Source: an uncultured delta proteobacterium
GTDB taxonomy: Bacteria > Myxococcota > Myxococcia > Myxococcales > Anaeromyxobacteraceae
Assembly (NCBI GenBank): GCA_963828255.1
Contig: CAWHDZ010000040.1
Span: 1-64,000, forward strand
Length of the DNA stretch: 64,000 nt
Direction of reading: 5' to 3'
Both the position numbers and the translations under genes were made by a program. Of this stretch, positions 1 to 9,653 are shown in pieces. The notes beneath the pieces are model-generated. The model was not told the DNA's origin, did not search any database, and saw only the letters and a list, made by a program, of their open reading frames with translations. Numbering within the stretch: the first letter of the stretch is position 1; every line of letters begins with the position of its first letter.

Positions 1-7
1 CCAAACT

Positions 8-47
8 GACGGGGGAATTCGCGAGAGCGGGTTCCCCCGTCGCTTTG
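8..47 (+). terminator. Intrinsic terminator-like hairpin of an upstream gene outside the window
   Basis: 15-bp stem GACGGGGGAATTCGC/GCGGGTTCCCCCGTC (two G-U pairs) with a GAGA tetraloop, followed by GCTTTG. Confidence 0.6.
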
Positions 48-219
48 TGGGGTGAGGAGTTTGCTCCGAGCCCGGCAGACCAGACTGTCACGCCCCATCC
101 GGGTTCGGGTGTTTTCCCGAGCCTCCACCCGGATTCAATCTCCGCAGGCTCGGGACCTCTCCCAATATCGGCGGCCCGCCGGATCGAGCACACTCCTCCT
201 CAGAAAGGGAGAACAGACC

Positions 220-639
220 ATGAAGACCATCAACGGCGGCAGCGCAGTGCAGGGCGGGTACTACCTCTCGAAGAGCAACTGGGAGATCTTCCCCATCGAG
301 AAGGACGGGCAGAAGCTCCCCGGCACCTCCTCCGAGCACTACGTGAAGGTCAACACCGCAGCGGCCCTTGCCCTCATGCCGGTGCTCGGCGGCCTGATGG
401 TGGTCTTCCTCCCCTTCATCGGCCTCTACCTGGCGGCGAAGACGGCGGTCGGCGGAGTGACGGGCGCGTTCAGCCGCTCGGCGCAGGACCTCGGCGCGAC
501 CATCACCCCGGGCTGGGCTCCCGGCGCCGCGCACATGACTGGCAAGGCCACCGAGGAGAAGGCAGCTGAAGGCGAGAAGATCGCCGACCCGAAGCTCGAG
601 CAGCTCGCCAAGGAAGTGGACGAGAAGCGCAAGGCGTAG
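220..639 (+). CDS. Hypothetical membrane protein (139 aa)
   Basis: AAAGGGAG RBS before ATG 220; host-like codon usage; hydrophobic stretch AAALALMPVLGGLMVVFLPFIGLYLAA. Confidence 0.8.
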   Translation: MKTINGGSAVQGGYYLSKSNWEIFPIEKDGQKLPGTSSEHYVKVNTAAALALMPVLGGLMVVFLPFIGLYLAAKTAVGGVTGAFSRSAQDLGATITPGWAPGAAHMTGKATEEKAAEGEKIADPKLEQLAKEVDEKRKA

Positions 640-669
640 CGCGAGGGTCTCCCTTCAGAAGCAAAGGAA

Positions 670-700
670 CGAGGGGCGGCGCGAGCCGCCTCTCGGCGTT
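670..700 (+). terminator. Terminator-like hairpin after the 220-639 gene
   Basis: CGAGGGGCGGC-GCGA-GCCGCCTCTCG, 11-bp stem with a GNRA loop; weak U tail. Confidence 0.5.
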
Positions 701-1576
701 CGTGGCCCGCCTTCCTCCCAACGATGTGAGGCTGCAGATCAGCTTCGACCCGAAGTGATATCGACACGGGCAGATCCGTCGGATAGGCACTGCCGTATTC
801 GCGGAGTGAGGCGGTCCTGATCACCCCAGCACTCCTCGCTATCGGTGCCTGTTCGGGAAGCGGCACCACGTCGCCGTTGCCCGCCGCAACGGACGTGAAC
901 TCGCTGACGAAGCTTGTTCTCCCCGCTGGCGACTTACATCGGCGGCTGTCACGCCGGGTATCGCTCGCTCGGGAGGGCGGCCCGTTTCGCTCGGCGGCCC
1001 GCAGGAAGCGCAGAGGCAGGCGCCCGGAGCCGGCTTCGTCGCGGGCGCCACGCCCCGAGGGGAAGGGCGGCGCCTCTGCACTCTCATGTTCTGCCTTGCC
1101 GCGCCGGCCGTCCACGGACCTCCGTGGGTTGACCCGACCGGAGCCAGCACCCACCCGCACGGACTCGCCCGGTCGAGGGACCCTGAAGTGGGCGACGTCA
1201 GCTCGACACCGGCAGTTCCACCCGGAAGGTCGCCCCATGGCCGGGCGCGCTGGTCGCCGGGATGCTGCCGCCGTGCGCGGTGACGCTGGCGTGGCAGATG
1301 GCGAGTCCGAGCCCCGGACCCTGGTCACGGCCGGGCCCGGACCGGGCGACGATCCCTCCAGTTCATCGATCCCCGCATCGTGTTCCACCGGAGGAAGTGC
1401 GCCAAGCGTCGCGCACGCTGACCGGCAGAACCCGCCCTCCCGTCCGCGGGCAGTCCCTGTTCGATTCCCTCGACCGGGTCGAACGATCCAGGCTCTTTCA
1501 CCGGGATCACGATGAGCCCAGGATGGCTGCAGGTCCTGCGGGCGGAACCCGAGGGATCGAAAAGGGGGGAAACCAC

Positions 1577-1867
1577 ATGAGATACGTCATGATACTCGCC
1601 GTGGCCGTCGCGGCCGTGACCGCAGCAGGCTGTGGCTCGAGCAGCAAGAACACCTGCGGTGACGCCTGCAACGCGGTCTTCACGTGCGCCACCAAGCTCG
1701 AGGCGACTCCACCGTTCGCCTCCGTGGCCGAGTGCGAGGCGGGCTGCAATGCCTCGCAGTGCGCGGACCTGCAGGCGACGGTCGACTGCATCGTCGCCAT
1801 CCAGTGCACGAACATCGCCGCCGTGGAGGCAGCCATCACGCAGTGCCAGGAAACCCACTGCCCGTAG
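1577..1867 (+). CDS. Small cysteine-rich lipoprotein (96 aa)
   Basis: GGGGGA RBS; signal peptide MRYVMILAVAVAAVTAAG-C with lipobox; 10 further Cys in the mature part. Confidence 0.8.
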   Translation: MRYVMILAVAVAAVTAAGCGSSSKNTCGDACNAVFTCATKLEATPPFASVAECEAGCNASQCADLQATVDCIVAIQCTNIAAVEAAITQCQETHCP

Positions 1868-2218
1868 CCGGGCCCGGGTCGATGGCTACCTGCACGGCCG
1901 CAGGAGGCGGCGGGATCTTCAGGGGTAGGTCAGCGTGCCCTGCGCGAACAGTGTCGCCGGACTGGTCACCGGCGGGGGCCTCGAGGAGACGCCCATCTCC
2001 GTGGCCCGGATGGTGACGATCCCCGCCGTGCGATCGACCGCGACGCCGGGCAGCGGGTTCAGCGTCGTGGCGACGATCCTCCAGCCCCAGGAGCAGGTGC
2101 TGCGCCAGCTGAACTCGAACTGGATCCAGCTCACCGGCGTGCAGGCACCCTGGCTCGGCAGCGGAAAGGATGTCGGCGTTTCACGCACCACCACGGGGTC
2201 ATCGGATAGTCTGTCGGG

Positions 2219-3742
2219 ATGGTGCATCCCCGCCCGCCGTCCCGCCGCTCCGTGCGACGTCCGGCCAGGCCCCTCCTGATCGGCGCCATCGCCCTCGTCC
2301 TCGCCGCCGTCGCGGTGGTGTGGATTGCGGCCCCGCGGGCCATCCCGCCGGCCCCGTCCGAGCAGTCGCACGCGGCTTCCCCGCCGGCCGACGCTCCACC
2401 CGCCCCACCGCCGGCGGAGATCCCCGACCCCCGACCGGCCTTCCTGGCCGCGCGGGCGACCTTCACGTGCGGTGACGCGACAGGCGAGGCCGTCTTCGTC
2501 ACCCCGGAACGCGCCCTCGCGTCCATCCCGTGCCGCGAGGGGCAGGGGCAGGTCCTGCTCTCCGACGGCCGCGACCTCCTCGCCCGCGTGCTTCCCGGGG
2601 CGCCGTCCGGCACCTCCTTGCTCCACCTCCCGGGCGCGTCGGCGTCGTTCGTCCCCCCGGGATCCGCCACCGGGCTCGCCGACGGGGCCACGCTGCTCGT
2701 GGGACTGGAGGGCGCCGGGCCCCGGACCGTCGGGGAGGCCGTGGCCAGGGGGCTCGTCCCTCTGGACGGGCTGCCGCTCCTTCGCGCCGAGGAGGCGGCC
2801 GGCCCCCTCGGCGGGGCGATCCTGGACGCAGCCGGCAACCTGGTGGGGGTCGCGCCGTCCACCCCGCCCGATCCCGCCCGCCCATGGCTGGCCGTTCCGG
2901 TGGAGGCCTTCGCCGGCGCGCTCGGCCGCGACGTGCCCGCCGCCTGGACCCCGGCCGCGGAGCAGGCCGCCGACGAGGACCGGCGCGCCCAGGGCAATCT
3001 CTGGAACCGGCTCGTCCGCTCCGCGGTGCTCCTCTCCGCGACGCCGGGGCCGGACGGCCTCGCCCTGGTCGTGGCCCGCGTCTCCGCCGGCCGCCCGCCC
3101 GCGGAGACGGTTCGACTCGACGTGAACCCGATCGCCCGCGACTGCGACCCCACCGGGCGGATCGTGGACTGGCGGACGGGCCCCCGGGCCTTCGACGGAG
3201 CTCCCGTGCCCCGGGAGGTGGCGGCGCGCCTCTCCCGGCTCGTGCCTCCCACTGGCGGCGGCGCGGTCTGGGCGGGGTCGGGGCTCGCACGCATCGACTG
3301 CGACCTGGCCGGCGTGGCCGACGGGGCGACGCTTTCCATTCCGGGCAGCGACCCACCGGCGCCCGTCCCGTTCCCCCGCGCGGGATTCCCGACGAGGCCC
3401 GGTCCTTCCGACGACACCCGGAAGGCGGTGGTGGTGTCGGATCCGGCGGCCGACCTGGACCGGGCCGCTGCCGCCGAGGAGGAGGTGGCCTGGGAGGTGG
3501 GGTGGCGACAGGCCTTCCGGGAGGCCAACGATCGGGTGGCCCAGGCCAAGCAGGCACGGATGGACATCCAGGCCCAGCGCGAAGAGGCGCGCGGGAACTT
3601 CCAGTACGTGCTCGAACAGCAGCTCGAGGGGGACCTCGAGGTCGCCCGGCTGGAGGAGAGGAGGGCCGCCGAGGCCCTGCAGGACCTCGACCGCCGGGCC
3701 TCCCTCGCCGCCGTGCCCCGCGCCTGGCGCCGGGCGGAGTGA
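2219..3742 (+). CDS. Membrane-anchored protein with a degenerate trypsin-like domain and C-terminal coiled coil
   Basis: N-terminal TM helix; Pro-rich linker; GEAVFVTP and GPLGGAILDAAGNLVGV resemble S1C protease motifs without the catalytic residues. Confidence 0.65.
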   Translation: MVHPRPPSRRSVRRPARPLLIGAIALVLAAVAVVWIAAPRAIPPAPSEQSHAASPPADAPPAPPPAEIPDPRPAFLAARATFTCGDATGEAVFVTPERALASIPCREGQGQVLLSDGRDLLARVLPGAPSGTSLLHLPGASASFVPPGSATGLADGATLLVGLEGAGPRTVGEAVARGLVPLDGLPLLRAEEAAGPLGGAILDAAGNLVGVAPSTPPDPARPWLAVPVEAFAGALGRDVPAAWTPAAEQAADEDRRAQGNLWNRLVRSAVLLSATPGPDGLALVVARVSAGRPPAETVRLDVNPIARDCDPTGRIVDWRTGPRAFDGAPVPREVAARLSRLVPPTGGGAVWAGSGLARIDCDLAGVADGATLSIPGSDPPAPVPFPRAGFPTRPGPSDDTRKAVVVSDPAADLDRAAAAEEEVAWEVGWRQAFREANDRVAQAKQARMDIQAQREEARGNFQYVLEQQLEGDLEVARLEERRAAEALQDLDRRASLAAVPRAWRRAE

Positions 3743-3745
3743 GGA

Positions 3746-3769
3746 GGCCGGCGCCCGCTGACGCCGGCC
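3746..3769. terminator. Hairpin between convergent genes
   Basis: GGCCGGCG-N8-CGCCGGCC inverted repeat between stops at 3742 and 3780. Confidence 0.35.
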
Positions 3770-3779
3770 CCTGGCCGGG

Positions 3780-6575
3780 CTACTGCGCCGGGTTCCCGTC
3801 GGCGTCGAGGATCACCGGCGCCCCGAGCCCGAGCTCGGAGAGCCCCTTCTCGATCTTGGCCCGGTCGCCCACCACCACCCAGACCACCTCATCGGGCTGG
3901 ATGAACCTGGCGGCCGCGGCCACCTGCTCCGGCGTCAGCGCCAGCACCTTGCCGGCGTAGGCGTCGTAGTAGCCGTCGCCGAGCTGGTAGGTCACCACCT
4001 CGGAAACCGATCCGGTCACCGCGCCGTTCGTCTCCCAGCGGCCGGGCAGCGCGAGCGTGAGCGATCCCTTCGCGGAGGCAAGCTCGTCGGCGGTGACCGG
4101 ACGCGTCCCCACGATCCCGGCGAGCTCCTTCTGGATCTCCTGGACCGATTCCTTGGTCTTGTCAGCCTGGACGGCGGTGAAGACGAAGAAGAGGCGGGGG
4201 CCGCGCGCATCGGGGAGCAGGCTACTGGCGCCGTACGACCAGTGCTTGTCCTCGCGCAGGTTCATGTTGATGCGGGCGGTGAAGGCGCCGCCGAGGACGC
4301 GATTCACGACTCCCTGTGCGATCTCGTCCGGGTTGGCCCGCGGTGGCGCCGCCTGGCCCGCCAGGATGACCGACTGGGCCGATCCGGGCCGATCGACGAC
4401 GTAGAGGCGAGGCGCGGCGCGCTTGCCAGCCAGCGCCAGGTCCTTTTCGGGCGCCTTCCCGGGCGCCCACCCGGCGAAGAGCCGCTCGAGGCGGGGCAGG
4501 ATCTCCTTCATGGTGGTGTCGCCCACCACGATCAGCACCGCGTCGGAGGGGTGGAAGCGGGCCTGGTACCAGCGCTCCACGTCGGCGCGGGTCAGCGCCG
4601 TCACCGAAGCCGTCGTCCCGGAGCCGGACATCGGGCTCGCATAGGGGTGGCCGTCCCCGTAGACCAGGCGCGGCAGGACGCGGCTGGCCATGCCGTTCGG
4701 CTGGCTCCGCTCCCGCTCGATGCCGGCGAGGAGCAGCTTCCTCTGCCTGTCCAGCTCCGCCTCGGGGAACGACGGGTGCAGGACCACGTCGGCGAACAGC
4801 TCGAGGGACGGGTCGAGGTTGGTCTTGAGGGCCGAGAGCGAGACCGTGGTCGAGTCGAGCGACGAGCTGGCGGAGAGGGTGGCGCCCAGGTCGCGGAGCG
4901 CATCGGAGATCTGCAGCGAGCTCCGCGTGGCGGTGCCCTCGGTGAGCAGCGTCGAGGCCAGGCGCGCCGTCCCCGCCGCCCCCTTGGGATCGGAGGAGTA
5001 CCCGGCGTCCACCACGAGCTGGAAGTTCACCAGCGGCACCGAGGGGCGGGGGACGACCATGATGCGCAGCCCGTTGCCCAGGACCGCCTTCTCCACCTCG
5101 GGGAACTTCGGGGCGGGGGGCGTGCCGGCATCGGGAACCTTGGAGCGGTCCACGTCGACGCCCGAGACCTTGCCGTCCTTCCAGGGGGTGACCTGGAGGA
5201 CGTACACGCCGTCGGAGAGCCAGTTCCGCGCGGCAGCCTGGACCCGCGCCGGGGTGGCGCTGCGGATGCGCGCCAGCCGTTCCTCGTAGAAGTCGGGACG
5301 GCCTCCGTAGATCTCGCTCTGGGCCAGGATGTCCGACTTCCCGCCGAACCCGCCGATGCGCTCCGCGCCGCGGGTGAAGGCGGCCAGCATCTCGGTGCGC
5401 GCGCGGTCGAGCTCGACCTGGGTCGGTCCCTTCTCGAGGAAGCGGGTGAGTTCCTCGCGGGTCACCGTCTCGACTGCGAGGAGGTCGCCGCCGGGCCGCG
5501 CGGTGGCCTGGATCAGGAACTGGCTCCCGATCTCCCCGGGGTCCTGCATGGCCATGACGTCGGTGGCGATCTGGGCGTCGTACACCAGCCGCTTGTAGAG
5601 GCGGCTCGACTTGCCCGACGAGAGCACCCGGGCGGCGAGTTCCAGGTCGAGGGAGTCGGGGCTGATCCCCTCGGGCGTGTTCCACACCAGGTAGACCCGC
5701 GCCTGGGGAACACGGTCCTGCATGCTCCCGCGGTGTTCGCCGGTGCGCTTCGCGACCCAGGCCTCCTGCCGGACGAGGGGAGGGCCGGAGGGGATGTTCC
5801 CGAAGTGCTTCTCGACGCGGGCCTTGACGTCCTCGGCCTTCACGTCACCGGCCACCACGAGCACCGCGTTGGCCGCGCCGTACCAGTCCTTGAACCAGGT
5901 CTTCACGTCGTCGAGGGTGGCCGCGTCCAGGTCCTCCATCGAGCCGATGACCGTCCAGGAGTAGGGGTGTCCCTTGGGATAGGTGGCGGCCGTGAGGACC
6001 TCGTCGACCCGGCCGTAGGGCTGATTCTCCCACTGCCGCTTCTCGTTCTTGACCACGCCCCGTTGCTCGTCGAGCTTGGCCTGGGTGACCGCGCCCAGGA
6101 GGTGCCCCATGCGGTCCGACTCCATCCAGAGCACGGTGTCGAGGGCCGGGGTGGGCACGTTCTGGAAGTAGTTGGTCCGGTCAGGGTTCGTGGTGCCGTT
6201 CCGGTCCGTGGCGCCGATGCGGTCGATCACCTTGAACCAGTCGTCGTTGTAGTGCTCGCTCCCGTTGAACATCACGTGCTCGAAGAGGTGGGCGAACCCG
6301 GTCTTGCCCGGCCGCTCGTTCTTCGACCCCACGTGGTACCAGACGTTGACGGCGACGATGGGCGCCTTGTGGTCCTCGTGGACGATGAGCACGAGGCCGT
6401 TCGACAGCACGAAGCGCTGGTAGGCGATCTTCGGGGTGTCGATCCCGGGGGCCGCGGGGACGGGGGTGGACCTGGCGGCCCGGGACGGGGCGGCAGGGGT
6501 CTTGGCAGGGGTCTTGGCGGGGGCCGCCGGTGGGGCGGCGAGCACGAGGGCGGTGGCGAGGGCGACGAGTGTCAT
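3780..6575 (-). CDS. M16 family (pitrilysin/PqqL-like) zinc peptidase, exported
   Basis: Signal peptide; HLFEH inverted zinc motif in GFAHLFEHVMFNGS; two M16 halves; NLREDKHWSYG. Confidence 0.92.
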   Translation of the reverse strand: MTLVALATALVLAAPPAAPAKTPAKTPAAPSRAARSTPVPAAPGIDTPKIAYQRFVLSNGLVLIVHEDHKAPIVAVNVWYHVGSKNERPGKTGFAHLFEHVMFNGSEHYNDDWFKVIDRIGATDRNGTTNPDRTNYFQNVPTPALDTVLWMESDRMGHLLGAVTQAKLDEQRGVVKNEKRQWENQPYGRVDEVLTAATYPKGHPYSWTVIGSMEDLDAATLDDVKTWFKDWYGAANAVLVVAGDVKAEDVKARVEKHFGNIPSGPPLVRQEAWVAKRTGEHRGSMQDRVPQARVYLVWNTPEGISPDSLDLELAARVLSSGKSSRLYKRLVYDAQIATDVMAMQDPGEIGSQFLIQATARPGGDLLAVETVTREELTRFLEKGPTQVELDRARTEMLAAFTRGAERIGGFGGKSDILAQSEIYGGRPDFYEERLARIRSATPARVQAAARNWLSDGVYVLQVTPWKDGKVSGVDVDRSKVPDAGTPPAPKFPEVEKAVLGNGLRIMVVPRPSVPLVNFQLVVDAGYSSDPKGAAGTARLASTLLTEGTATRSSLQISDALRDLGATLSASSSLDSTTVSLSALKTNLDPSLELFADVVLHPSFPEAELDRQRKLLLAGIERERSQPNGMASRVLPRLVYGDGHPYASPMSGSGTTASVTALTRADVERWYQARFHPSDAVLIVVGDTTMKEILPRLERLFAGWAPGKAPEKDLALAGKRAAPRLYVVDRPGSAQSVILAGQAAPPRANPDEIAQGVVNRVLGGAFTARINMNLREDKHWSYGASSLLPDARGPRLFFVFTAVQADKTKESVQEIQKELAGIVGTRPVTADELASAKGSLTLALPGRWETNGAVTGSVSEVVTYQLGDGYYDAYAGKVLALTPEQVAAAARFIQPDEVVWVVVGDRAKIEKGLSELGLGAPVILDADGNPAQ

Positions 6576-6656
6576 GGAAGGCGTTTAGCCGATTCGCCGC
6601 TCCCATGCCAGCCTGTTCGGGGTAGACTTCCGCCCCCTTTGGACCCGAGAAGAGCC

Positions 6657-9653
6657 TTGCCCTCCGTCACCCGCATCGAGGTCGGAACCCGGCCCGAATT
6701 CACAGACAGTCTGGGGGCCTCGGTGGCCCGGAGGGTGCGCGACCACCTCGGCCTCTCCCCGCGCCGGGTCCGCACCCGCGACGTCTTCCTGGTCGAGGCC
6801 CGGCTCTCCCCGGCCGAGGCCGAGGCGGTGGCCCGCGAGTTCGCCGGCCCGGTGGTGCGCCAGGGGGCGGTGGGTCGTCTCGACGACGGACCCTTCGACG
6901 TGGCCGTCTCGGTGGGCTTCAAGCCCGGCGTGACCGACCCGGTGGCGAAGAGCGCCCGGGTGGCCATCGAGGACCTCCTGGGGCGGCCGCTGGGGGAGGG
7001 GGCGCACGTCTACACCTCGCGCCTGTACCTCCTCGACGGCGTCACCGAGGGGGAGGCCGGGCGCATCGCCCGGGCGCTGCTCGCCAACGAGGTCATCGAG
7101 CGGGTGGCGGTGCAGCCGTACGCCCGGTGGAAGGAGTCGCCTCCCGACCTCTCGGTCCCGCGGGTGGCGGAGCACGCCCCGCGCCCCGTCGAGGCGGTGA
7201 GCCTGGAGATCCCCGACGACGCGCTCCTCGCCCTCTCGCGGGAACGGCTGCTCGCCCTCTCCCTCGACGAGATGCGGACGCTCCGCGACTTCTACCGCAA
7301 GGCCGCCTCCGACCCGGCGCGCCGCGCCGCCGGCCTGGGCCCCGACCCCACCGACGTCGAGCTCGAATGCCTGGCCCAGACCTGGTCCGAGCACTGCAAG
7401 CACAAGATCATGAACGCCACCCTCTCCTACCGGGAGGAGGGGAAGGCGCCGGAGGAGATCCGCTCCATCTTCAAGACCTTCATCCGGGGCACCACCGAGG
7501 CGGTGGACGAGGCCATCCAGGAGCGCGAGGGCAAGAGCTGGCTCGTCAGCGTCTTCCACGACAACGCCGGGGTCATCGAGGCCACCGACGCCTTCCACCT
7601 CGTCTACAAGGTCGAGACCCACAACAGCCCGTCGGCCCTCGACCCGTACGGCGGCGCCATCACCGGAATCGTTGGCGTGAACCGGGATCCCTTCGGCACC
7701 GGCATGGGCTCCGACCTGCTCGCGAACACCTGGGGCTACTGCTTCGGCCCCCCGGACTGGAAGGGGGAGCTCCCGCCCGGGCTGCTCCACCCGCGCCGCA
7801 TCCGCGACGGCGTCCACGCGGGCGTCATCGACGGCGGCAACCAGTCGGGCCTCCCCTATGGCCGAGGCTGGGAGTTCTTCGACGAGCGCTTCCTGGGGAA
7901 GCCGCTCGTCTACTGCGGCACGGTGGGGCGCATGCCGGTCACCGTCGCCGGGGAGCCCGGCGAGGTGAAGCACGCCCGCCCCGGGGACCGGATCGTCATG
8001 GTGGGTGGCCGCATCGGCAAGGACGGCATCCACGGGGCCACCTTCTCCTCGGCCGAGCTGACCGAGGAGAGCCCGGTCCAGGCCGTCCAGATCGGCGACC
8101 CCATCACGCAGAAGATGATGTTCGACTTCCTGCTCGAGGCCCGCGACCTGGGGCTCTACTCGGCCATCACCGACAACGGTGCGGGCGGCCTGTCCTCGTC
8201 GGTGGGCGAGATGGCGAAGCAGCCGGGCGGGGCCAGGCTCGATCTGGCCCGCGCGCCCCTCAAGTACCAGGGGCTCGCACCCTGGGAGATCCTGGTCTCC
8301 GAGGCGCAGGAGCGCATGACGCTCGCGGTGAGGCCGGAGAAGCTCGCGGAGTTCCTCGCGCTGGCCCGGCTGCGCGAGGTCGAGGCGACCGACCTGGGCG
8401 AGTTCACCGCCGAGCCCAGCTTCCGGCTGGAGCTCGAGGGGCGCGCCGTCGGGCTCATCCCCATGGAGTTCCTCCACGAGGGCGATCCCGAGATGCGCAT
8501 CGACGCGGAGTGGAAGGAGCCGGTCCGGGCCCGCTTCGCCGCCGCACCGGCGCCATCGACCGGGGAGGGCAATGCGCTCCTGGCTGCCTTCCTCTCCCGC
8601 GACAACCTGCGCTCGGCCGAGCGGCTCGAGCGGACCTACGACCACGAGGTGAAGGGGCTCACCGTGGTGAAGCCCTGGATCGGGGCCCACCGCGACGTGC
8701 CGTCCGACGCGGCGGTCTTCCAGATCGCCCACGACGGCTCCCTCGTGGGCTACGCGCTCGCCGAGGCGGCCTTCCCCGCCTACAGCGACGAGGACGCCCA
8801 CGCCATGGCCCAGGCCGGCGTGGACCTCACCGTCCGCCGGGTGGTCGCCGCCGGGGCGCGCATCGACCGCATCGCGCTCCTCGACAACTACTGCTGGCCC
8901 GATCCGCTGCCGGGCGCGAAGAACCCCGACGCCGCCCACAAGGCGGCGCAGCTGGTCCGCGCCTCGCGCGGCCTCTCCGAGATCTGCCGGGCCTACGGCA
9001 CGCCGCTCATCTCCGGCAAGGACTCGATGAAGAACGACGCGGTGGTGGGGGGCAGGCGCATCAGCATCCCCCCCACGCTGCTGGCCTCCGCCATCGCCGT
9101 GGTCCGCGACGTGCGCCGGGCCGTGACCCTGGAGGCGGGCGCCCCGGGGCAGCTCCTCTACGCCGTCGGCGAGACCGGCGACGAGCTCGGATGCACCGAG
9201 TACGCGGCCCACCGTGGGGAGGCCGGCGGGCGGGTCCCGCGCTGCAGCCCGGAGCCGTTCCGCGTCCGGTACGAGAAGGTCGCCTCGGCCATCGAGGGCG
9301 GGCTCGTGGCGGCGGCCCACGCCCCCGGACGAGGCGGGCTGGCCCGCTCCCTCTTCCTCCTGGCCCGCGCCGCCGGGCTCGGGCTCTCGGTCGATCTCTC
9401 CCTCGCGCCCGAGGACGGGCGGCCGGGATGGGAGGCGCTCCTCTTCTCCGAGTCGGCCGGGCGCTTCCTGCTGGTCGTCGAGCCGGGGAAGGGCGCCGCG
9501 CTCGAGGCGAGGCTGGCCGGGGTTCCGCTGGCCCGGATCGGCTCCTTCGACGAGGGCGGCCGGCTGCGCATCGCGCTCTCCGACCAGGTCCTGGTGGACG
9601 AGGACGTCGCCACGCTCGCCCGCGCCTGGAAGCGGGAAGGGGTGCGGCCGTGA
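6657..9653 (+). CDS. purL: Phosphoribosylformylglycinamidine synthase subunit PurL (with PurS-like N-terminus)
   Basis: QTWSEHCKHK, KVETHNSPS, GKDGIHGATFSS, DNGAGGL, SEAQERM, ISGKDSM, LFSESAGRF; TTG start at 6657 inferred (TTG 6639 is an alternative). Confidence 0.92.
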   Translation: MPSVTRIEVGTRPEFTDSLGASVARRVRDHLGLSPRRVRTRDVFLVEARLSPAEAEAVAREFAGPVVRQGAVGRLDDGPFDVAVSVGFKPGVTDPVAKSARVAIEDLLGRPLGEGAHVYTSRLYLLDGVTEGEAGRIARALLANEVIERVAVQPYARWKESPPDLSVPRVAEHAPRPVEAVSLEIPDDALLALSRERLLALSLDEMRTLRDFYRKAASDPARRAAGLGPDPTDVELECLAQTWSEHCKHKIMNATLSYREEGKAPEEIRSIFKTFIRGTTEAVDEAIQEREGKSWLVSVFHDNAGVIEATDAFHLVYKVETHNSPSALDPYGGAITGIVGVNRDPFGTGMGSDLLANTWGYCFGPPDWKGELPPGLLHPRRIRDGVHAGVIDGGNQSGLPYGRGWEFFDERFLGKPLVYCGTVGRMPVTVAGEPGEVKHARPGDRIVMVGGRIGKDGIHGATFSSAELTEESPVQAVQIGDPITQKMMFDFLLEARDLGLYSAITDNGAGGLSSSVGEMAKQPGGARLDLARAPLKYQGLAPWEILVSEAQERMTLAVRPEKLAEFLALARLREVEATDLGEFTAEPSFRLELEGRAVGLIPMEFLHEGDPEMRIDAEWKEPVRARFAAAPAPSTGEGNALLAAFLSRDNLRSAERLERTYDHEVKGLTVVKPWIGAHRDVPSDAAVFQIAHDGSLVGYALAEAAFPAYSDEDAHAMAQAGVDLTVRRVVAAGARIDRIALLDNYCWPDPLPGAKNPDAAHKAAQLVRASRGLSEICRAYGTPLISGKDSMKNDAVVGGRRISIPPTLLASAIAVVRDVRRAVTLEAGAPGQLLYAVGETGDELGCTEYAAHRGEAGGRVPRCSPEPFRVRYEKVASAIEGGLVAAAHAPGRGGLARSLFLLARAAGLGLSVDLSLAPEDGRPGWEALLFSESAGRFLLVVEPGKGAALEARLAGVPLARIGSFDEGGRLRIALSDQVLVDEDVATLARAWKREGVRP

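Noticed and set aside
1..7. Window begins with CCA before a terminator, suggesting a tRNA 3' end
   Set aside because: No tRNA body is visible; cannot be supported
6497..6520. 12-bp duplication (PAKT x2) in the M16 peptidase N-terminus
   Set aside because: Ordinary low-complexity linker after the signal peptide
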